Below are positions 57,415 to 64,000 of a stretch of 64,000 nucleotides of DNA, one piece after another. The stretch is taken from IMG/VR virus record IMGVR_UViG_3300008266_000015; one strand, 5' to 3'. The stretch comes from a virus. Under the pieces are notes generated by a model, which did no database searches, was not told the origin of the DNA, and was given only the letters and a program-made list of their open reading frames with translations. Positions within the stretch are counted from its first letter, which is position 1, and every line of letters starts with the position of its first letter. The position numbers and the translations under genes are program-made.

Positions 57415-58363
57415 ATGGCACAGCTTACCCCAAGAGAAATAGCAATCAAAAATCAACTCTACAATCAATATAAACAAAATAAAGATGAGTTTATAAAAGA
57501 TTATGGATCTGATGCTGAGCGAGTTATGTTGGGGAGAGCAATTAAATTAGCAAAATCAATGGCTGCAAAAGACGACAAGCAAAAAATTAAGGAAATGATT
57601 AAAAAGGCCCTTCAAGGGCCTATTTCTGAAACTGAAGAAATCAATTCAATTGAATACGTACAAAATCGTAGACCAGTTGAAAGTAATCCTGAAGATGTAG
57701 TTAAGTTGGATGTTCCACTACTAATTCGTATAATGGAATATGCTAGAGAAGATGCTAAAACAGACATGGATTTACATTTTGCAGCAGAAAACATGATTCA
57801 GTTATCAAAACCAAACAGAATTCTCAATATGGGGGATTATGAAAGTATTGTTTCTCCATACGTAAAAATTGATTAAAATGACTAAAAGCGAGTTTAGAGA
57901 TAGAATTAAATCTTTAGTTAAACAAGTATACTCAGGTGCAACTAAATCCACAGAAGTAGATTTAGATACAGTATCAGCTGTATCTTTAGATACAACTCGT
58001 TTTCCAGTTCTAGCTAAATTCCCAACACTTAGAGATACCATTATTAAATTGCTAACAGATCAATATGATTTGTTTTTAAAAGACATTGAATGGGTAGCAC
58101 CCCGTCCTACTACATTTCGTATTGTATTAGCAAATGATCAAATATTTTATTTGATATTTACTGATAGAACATGGATTGGTAAAGTAGAAGGTAAAAAATA
58201 TTACCTATTGAACATAAGTGAAGAACAAAATTGTGTTGAATCAATAGCTAGAATTTTATCTTATGGTGCTAAAACTGAAGTTAAAAAAGAAGAAGTAGCA
58301 CCTGAAGCACCAGTAGAAACACCAGCAGAAACTCCTGTTGAAGAAACACCACCAACAGTATAA
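57415..58363 (+). CDS. Hypothetical genes 57415-57876 and 57878-58363
   Basis: Coupled late ORFs; LDVPLLIRIMEYARED; WVAPRPTTFRI. Confidence 0.7.
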
Positions 58364-59499
58364 TGGACGCATTAGATTTATTTTTTAAAAAATACTCTTA
58401 CAAATTTCCTAAAGGATATCCTGACATGAATAATGAGCAGGATATCAATATTTTAGCTAATTTGTTAGAAGGATTAGGAATTGACTTAAGTGAAGACAAA
58501 TCCTCAGATAGACAAGAAGCTAAAGAAATTTTAAAAAGAGAATTGGATTTAACTGATCAAGATTTTAAAGATAGTGGATTGCAATTTTATGTTTTAGTAC
58601 CTGGAAATCAAAGACTATCATTTATAGACAAAATTGAAAACATAGATACAGGAACAGATAAAAAGTTTAACTACAATTCCACTCCATCTGCATTCTCATC
58701 TTTAGGTTATTTTATGTATGGTGGTGTAAAATTTGGAATTAAACCTAGTGAAAAACAAGGTGGAAAATCTGCAGGTTTAGATAATGAAAATATCTTTTAT
58801 AATACTGTTACTTCATTATTAAAAAATGGTCCCAAAGATATAAAAATTACAGATGGTGAAAAAGAAGTAGTATTTAAAGATATTACTGAAATTGAAGAAA
58901 CAGGTAGAAAAACATCAGGATACTCTAAATCAGATATTGATTTTTATAGTAATGGAACAAATAAAGGTGGCTTATCTTTGAAAAAAGAAAATGCAATATA
59001 TTGGGAATCTTCCGATGTTAGATTTAAAAATGAAGTAAACAACTTAGTTAAAGCTATTACTAGTGGTAAATTAGGTGATGAAATATCATATGTTCCATAT
59101 ACTGATGCTCGAGGAAATACAGATCCCGGCATTATTAAAATGTATAATAAGAAAGAAAATAAACCGATTGCTGGTATTATAATAAAAGATCTACCTCAAC
59201 AAGATATACAACAAGTTATTTTTGGTAATGACAATGTACCAGTGGCTGTTGCTACTTGGAGATCAAGTGATTTTACTATTGATGGAGATACAATTATAGC
59301 TAAAGCTAAAAAATTATATACTACATTAAAAGATATTGAAAAGGATAAATCACTCCCCATATTGAATGTTAGACATGATAAAACAAGAAGATCATCAAAA
59401 GGATTAAGAGCTTTATTACAAACTGAAAAATCTTTATATAAAGATGAATCTTTAAAAGGCAACAATGTTGAACTTTCATATAACGAAATAATGTCATAA
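58363..59499 (+). CDS. Hypothetical protein, possible PD-(D/E)XK endonuclease fold
   Basis: AGLDNE...KSDI...LSLKK. Confidence 0.45.
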   Translation: MDALDLFFKKYSYKFPKGYPDMNNEQDINILANLLEGLGIDLSEDKSSDRQEAKEILKRELDLTDQDFKDSGLQFYVLVPGNQRLSFIDKIENIDTGTDKKFNYNSTPSAFSSLGYFMYGGVKFGIKPSEKQGGKSAGLDNENIFYNTVTSLLKNGPKDIKITDGEKEVVFKDITEIEETGRKTSGYSKSDIDFYSNGTNKGGLSLKKENAIYWESSDVRFKNEVNNLVKAITSGKLGDEISYVPYTDARGNTDPGIIKMYNKKENKPIAGIIIKDLPQQDIQQVIFGNDNVPVAVATWRSSDFTIDGDTIIAKAKKLYTTLKDIEKDKSLPILNVRHDKTRRSSKGLRALLQTEKSLYKDESLKGNNVELSYNEIMS

Positions 59500-59510
59500 T
59501 ATTTATAGGT

Positions 59511-60218
59511 ATGGAACGTATTAAACAACTTATTCGAGAAGTACTTTCTACTCCACCCAAGAAAGAATCATGTAACTGTGGTTGCCATTCTTGTGAAAAC
59601 GTAGGAAATAAAGGTCCAGTTCTAAACGAAAGCTTAAATGCTAAAATCGTAATGACTGAAAACATGAAATATCATGTTGACAACAGATTACCACTTACAG
59701 AAAACACATTTCGTTATGGCTCACAAGCATTCTTAGATTTATGGGCTGAAGCTCGTTATCTATATTCTCGTAATGCTATTCATGTAAATGATGACGATAA
59801 AGAAATTTTACTTGAAACTAATTTAGGTGAATACGGAATGTATGAAGGTAAAAAAGTGCCTTTAGATTTACCTATGTTAGAAGATGATTCATTAGCGGCT
59901 GATGAAGAGGAAATAGCTGACGAACCTATATCTGAAACTGATAAAAAGAAAAACCCACCAATTGGAAAACCAAAACGTGGTGGTTCTAAAAAGTTTTATG
60001 TATATGTTAGAGACAAAGGTAAAATTAAAAAAGTATCATTCGGGGGAACTACCGGATTGTCTGTTAAAATAAATGATCCTAAAGCAAGACAAGCTTTTGC
60101 CGCTCGCCATAGATGTGCTCAAAAAACAGATAGGACAAAACCTAGTTATTGGTCATGTAGAATCGGTCGTTATTGGAAGCAATTAGGAGGAGCAAAAAAC
60201 TTTAGCGGATATTGGTAG
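59511..60218 (+). CDS. Phage protein with a basic C-terminal domain
   Basis: GGSKKFYVYV..KKVSFG...FAARHRC...YWSC. Confidence 0.7.
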   Translation: MERIKQLIREVLSTPPKKESCNCGCHSCENVGNKGPVLNESLNAKIVMTENMKYHVDNRLPLTENTFRYGSQAFLDLWAEARYLYSRNAIHVNDDDKEILLETNLGEYGMYEGKKVPLDLPMLEDDSLAADEEEIADEPISETDKKKNPPIGKPKRGGSKKFYVYVRDKGKIKKVSFGGTTGLSVKINDPKARQAFAARHRCAQKTDRTKPSYWSCRIGRYWKQLGGAKNFSGYW

Positions 60219-60255
60219 GAAATCGGCCTTACCAATATTTATAATAAAATAAAAT

Positions 60256-60882
60256 ATGGCGTATGTTTATATTGTAATCAATAAAGTTAATGGGAAAAAA
60301 TATATTGGTTCCTCTCGAAAATCCCAAATAGATGAAAATTATTATGGTAGCGGCAAAGCAGTAAAAGATGCTCTAAAGAAATATGGTAAAGAAAATTTTA
60401 TAAGAGAAATACTGTGGGAGGGTGAAGGAAATGCTCGCGATATAGAAACATGTTATTTAATAAAATTTAATGCTTCTAAGAATCCAATGTTTTATAATAT
60501 GACTAATGATGCTAGAGGAAATGATCTTCATAAAGAAGAAACAAAACTCACTGTTAGTGAAAAACTAATTGGGAGAAAATTTACGAAAGAGAGATGTGAC
60601 AAAATATCTAAAGCTAAGAAAGGATCCACAACCTCTAAAAAAGGCAAACCTGATGGCCCCAAACCAGGAGTATCAGAAGCTCATAAAGGTAGAATTAGTC
60701 CTAATAAAGGAAAAGGAAATCAAGTAGCTTTATATACAATATCTGAAGAATATATCAGAACTTATTCTAGTTACTATGACCTAGCTATTGATCTCCAAAT
60801 AAATCCAGAAACAGTAAGATGTCAACTTATTGGAAAATCTCAAACTATTAAAAATAAGCAATATAAAGCGCAATATGTATGA
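60256..60882 (+). CDS. Free-standing GIY-YIG homing endonuclease with NUMOD3-like repeats
   Basis: YVY...NGKKYIG, YYGSG, KKYGKENF, YN; H.EETK..VSE and KISKAKKG repeats. Confidence 0.85.
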   Translation: MAYVYIVINKVNGKKYIGSSRKSQIDENYYGSGKAVKDALKKYGKENFIREILWEGEGNARDIETCYLIKFNASKNPMFYNMTNDARGNDLHKEETKLTVSEKLIGRKFTKERCDKISKAKKGSTTSKKGKPDGPKPGVSEAHKGRISPNKGKGNQVALYTISEEYIRTYSSYYDLAIDLQINPETVRCQLIGKSQTIKNKQYKAQYV

Positions 60883-60897
60883 TAGAAATGTGGTAAT

Positions 60898-61655
60898 ATG
60901 AAACTATTAGAACTTAAAAAACTTATTCAAGAAGAACTACGTATAATACGTGAAAGTTCTGCTTCAAAACTTTATAAAGTAGAAGGACTATTAGTAACAA
61001 ATACTGATAAAAAAACACAATCCCAAATACTTTCAGATATTAGATCAATCCCAGGTATCACAACAGTAGATGCTCAAGAATATACTCCTCGTTTACCTAA
61101 AAAAGGATACACATACGATAGATTAACCATCAAGGTTGATCCATACCCATACATTAAAAAAGACGGTAAATTTGATATAGAAACGATTAATCAAGTAATC
61201 GCAAGTATTGGTGGGATTAAAGGAATAGTTAAATTTAGAGTTGATAACCCCCAATTAATTAATATTGGGATATGATTAAGTTAATTAATCTTCTAGAACA
61301 AATTCTTCAAGAGAAAGCTGATCGCTGTAAGCGTATTGCTGATCGTAAGTACGATAAACCATCTGCTTACAAATCAGGTGCTATCGTTAGATGTCGTAAA
61401 GGTAATATTTGGAAGGATTTAAAAGAAGAAGAATTAAATGAAAAAGTAAAAGAAACACTTCGTACTTGGTTTAAACGTAAAGGTGCACCAGGTAAAGAAG
61501 GCGGATGGGTTGATTGTAATACTTGTAGAGACGGAAAATGTAAATCATGTGGTAGAAAAGAAGGTGAAAAACGTTCTAAATATCCTTCATGTCGTCCTAC
61601 ACCAGCTCAATGTAAAACACCTGGTAAAGGTAAAAAATGGGGGAAAACAAAATGA
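60898..61655 (+). CDS. Hypothetical genes 60898-61275 and 61272-61655 (basic, Cys-rich)
   Basis: Coupled; PSAYKSGAIVRCRK, GWVDC and YPSCRP. Confidence 0.7.
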
Positions 61656-61921
61656 AAAAAGAATTTAATATAACTGAGTGGGCACTCAAAAATAGACTAA
61701 AAGAACATGAAGGTGAAGAATATCCTCCTTACATGTATTCACCTGTAGGTTTTAGCTGCGCAGTATGTAAATATCATTATATAAAAGATGATAAACATAT
61801 GTGTAAAAATAAACAATACCAAGAGTATAAAGGTACTGCTGAATTGGTTGATGATGAAGGAAATCAAATTAAAGATCCTTCAAAATGGTGTTCAAATTGG
61901 TTTTTACCTAAAGGAGAATGA
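61652..61921 (+). CDS. Small four-Cys protein, HiPIP-like spacing
   Basis: CAVC...C...WCSNW. Confidence 0.45.
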   Translation: MKKEFNITEWALKNRLKEHEGEEYPPYMYSPVGFSCAVCKYHYIKDDKHMCKNKQYQEYKGTAELVDDEGNQIKDPSKWCSNWFLPKGE

Positions 61922-62175
61922 AGCCATACACAGACATAGAAGTTACAGACAAATATGTTATTCGTGAATTTAACGAAAATATAGATCCAATTGAGCTTCT
62001 TTGGCATCGCGATAATGAAGATCGCACATTAGAAATAGTTGGTGAAACAGATTGGAAAATACAATTAGATAATAAATTACCAATCTTACTAGAAAGTCAT
62101 ATATTTATACCAAGACACGCATGGCATCGTGTTATTAAAGGAACAGGAACATTAAAATTAAAAATATACAAATGA
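61918..62175 (+). CDS. Cupin-like small protein
   Basis: WHRD...IFIPRHAWHRVIKG. Confidence 0.6.
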   Translation: MKPYTDIEVTDKYVIREFNENIDPIELLWHRDNEDRTLEIVGETDWKIQLDNKLPILLESHIFIPRHAWHRVIKGTGTLKLKIYK

Positions 62176-62705
62176 AATCAACTGAATTAAGACAACTTAT
62201 CCGCGAATCAATCAATGAATATATTCGTGAAATCGATGAAGCAGGAACAAAAGCTGGATTACAAGCTAAAATAGAAGCAACTGAAGGTGCTATTAGCAAA
62301 CGTGAAAAAATGGCTAATATGGAAGGCATTGATGAAGCTTATCATGAAATGCTTGATAAAGGCAAAATGAAAGAAATTGGTAATGAAGTTAAGGCATTAA
62401 AAAAAAGTTTAGATAAATTGAAAAAACAATTAGATAAACTTAATTCAAAAGGTACTAAAACTGAAAAACCTGAATCTGAAGAAAAAGAAATTGTTGATGA
62501 AGTAAATATTGATGAAACATTTCCTGAATCTGGTGCTCAACTAGAAGAAGATAATAATGAGGATTTACCCCCTGCACCATCAGAAGAGGAAATAGCAGCT
62601 AATCAAATATACGAAATGCTCCATATGCAAAAACTAGCAGGTATTATTTCAGAATCTGAATATGTTGCTAAAGTAAAAGAAGTAGAAAAAGCATCTAAAA
62701 AATAA
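62172..62705 (+). CDS. Acidic coiled-coil probable head-internal protein
   Basis: ELRQLIRESINE leader; MQKLAGIISE. Confidence 0.55.
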   Translation: MKSTELRQLIRESINEYIREIDEAGTKAGLQAKIEATEGAISKREKMANMEGIDEAYHEMLDKGKMKEIGNEVKALKKSLDKLKKQLDKLNSKGTKTEKPESEEKEIVDEVNIDETFPESGAQLEEDNNEDLPPAPSEEEIAANQIYEMLHMQKLAGIISESEYVAKVKEVEKASKK

Positions 62706-62832
62706 CATATAGACTGATTCATAGCCGGTCGCTCGAAAGAGACAAAACATCCTGGATCTGTGGCCCATTTTTCGAAAGAAAGGTGGGCCACTCTAATTGG
62801 GATTTCAAAATAAAAAATTTTATATTTAGCAC

Positions 62833-64000
62833 ATGAAAAAAATCGTAATCGTAGGAGCAGGTGTAGCAGGTATTAACGCTGCTACCAAATTAGTAGACAA
62901 TGGATATCCAGGACATCTAATTACAGTTATAGATAAAGGTAGCGATCCATATAATCGCTTACCTGAACAGGTAATGGAAGGCATGTTAGGAGCTGGAGGT
63001 TGGAGTGATGGTAAATTAACATACCATACTGCAATTGGAGGAGTATTATCAAAATACTGTGGTGAAGAAAAAGCTATGGAATTAATGGATCAAGTAATTA
63101 AAAACTTTACTCGTTTCCACCCTAAACCAGAAGAAATATTTATGTCTGATCCTCAAGAGGAACCAGATTTTATTAAACCACATTTTGGACTAAGACTATT
63201 TCCAGTGTGGCATATTGGTTCAAATTATCTACATGAAATTGCTATTAATTGGTATGCTTACTTAGCTGATAAAGGTATTAACTTTATGTGGGAAACGGAA
63301 GTTACATATATTGATTTTGATAATCCTCATGGATATGTGTTAATAGAAGGATTTAAAAACCAAGGTGGAGGAGAAAAAACACATTACATGACTACTGGAG
63401 ATAAATTAATATTCGCAGTGGGGAAGAGTGGTATCGACTTTGGTAAAGCACTAGCAGATGAATACAAATTACCAACTGAACCTAAATCAGTGCAAATAGG
63501 TGTACGTTTTGAAGCACCACAAAAATATTTTCAAAAATTAATTGATGTATCATACGATTTTAAATTATATCAAAAATTCGATAACGTATCTCTACGTTCA
63601 TTTTGTACAAATAATAATGCAGCTTATGTGGCTGTTGAGAACACTTATGGGGATGTAAGTTATAATGGACATGCTAAGAAAGGCGAAGAATATCGTAACG
63701 ATATGACTAACTTTGGTATCCTAATGGAAATTAAAGGTATTGAAAATCCATTTGAATGGAGTAGAGAATTAGTTTCTAAAATCCAAATTGATAGTAAAGG
63801 ACTATATTATTCTCCTTCCCGTAAACCAGGACAAACATCAGAAGGAAATATAGTAACAGCTACTCCAATAAGTTTAGATGGGTTAACTCATTTAATTGAA
63901 CCTTCATTTAATGGTTATTTCAAATATGTATGGGATTTTATACAAAATATGAATGAAGTATTTGAATTTGGTGATGATTGGGGAATGTATATTCCTGAGG
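62833..64000 (+). CDS. FAD/NAD(P)-dependent oxidoreductase (3'-truncated, not in track)
   Basis: MKKIVIVGAGVAG Rossmann motif, GMLGAGGWSDGKL, AVGKSG, IGVRFE and RSFCTN; open to the window end. Confidence 0.85.
   Translation, partial: MKKIVIVGAGVAGINAATKLVDNGYPGHLITVIDKGSDPYNRLPEQVMEGMLGAGGWSDGKLTYHTAIGGVLSKYCGEEKAMELMDQVIKNFTRFHPKPEEIFMSDPQEEPDFIKPHFGLRLFPVWHIGSNYLHEIAINWYAYLADKGINFMWETEVTYIDFDNPHGYVLIEGFKNQGGGEKTHYMTTGDKLIFAVGKSGIDFGKALADEYKLPTEPKSVQIGVRFEAPQKYFQKLIDVSYDFKLYQKFDNVSLRSFCTNNNAAYVAVENTYGDVSYNGHAKKGEEYRNDMTNFGILMEIKGIENPFEWSRELVSKIQIDSKGLYYSPSRKPGQTSEGNIVTATPISLDGLTHLIEPSFNGYFKYVWDFIQNMNEVFEFGDDWGMYIPE

Noticed and set aside
60256-60882. Group I intron around the GIY-YIG endonuclease
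   Set aside because: Flanking genes look complete, and the gaps (37 and 15 bp) leave no room for an intron core; it is free-standing.
6083-62791. Remaining short minus-strand and nested ORFs in the track (e.g. 7615, 8253, 15530, 45198, 51896, 59196)
   Set aside because: They overlap well-supported + strand genes and have no motifs or expression signals.
1-64000. Stop-codon reassignment (TAG read-through)
   Set aside because: Long genes are intact under the standard code, and TAG stops are followed by promoters or new starts; t3's loop reads Leu codons and is not an amber suppressor (CUA).

Overview
This is a 64 kb segment of a large, AT-rich (roughly 30% GC by eye) tailed dsDNA phage with a contractile-tail-type baseplate module. 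The host is very probably Bacteroidota: there are T9SS-type C-terminal domains, A-rich starts without Shine-Dalgarno sequences, an Hc1-like protein and O-glycosylation sequons. Standard genetic code; nearly all credible genes are on the + strand. Layout: (1) 1-7.6 kb, fibre-like and host-like secreted proteins, plus a cluster of tRNA-like elements that punctuate genes and structured non-coding RNA. (2) 7.6-27.2 kb, an early/accessory array of about 60 small genes, mostly as cassettes behind about 38 copies of a 32-bp repeat, TAGGAYTAC-N14-TATATTTAA, whose TAG is often the upstream gene's stop codon. (3) 27.5-33 kb, nucleotide-metabolism enzymes and a gp55-like sigma factor. (4) 33-49.3 kb, baseplate/tail genes behind a TATTTATA late-promoter motif. 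(5) 49.3-64 kb, primase, exonuclease, GIY-YIG nucleases, probable head-packaged proteins and a truncated FAD oxidoreductase. The best candidate for an undescribed system is a family of six tRNA-scaffold RNAs. They share an acceptor stem and T-arm but carry unrelated central cargo, and they are interleaved with genes and larger structured RNAs. The same constant-variable-constant design recurs in several small protein families. All calls come from reading motifs by eye; no searches were run.
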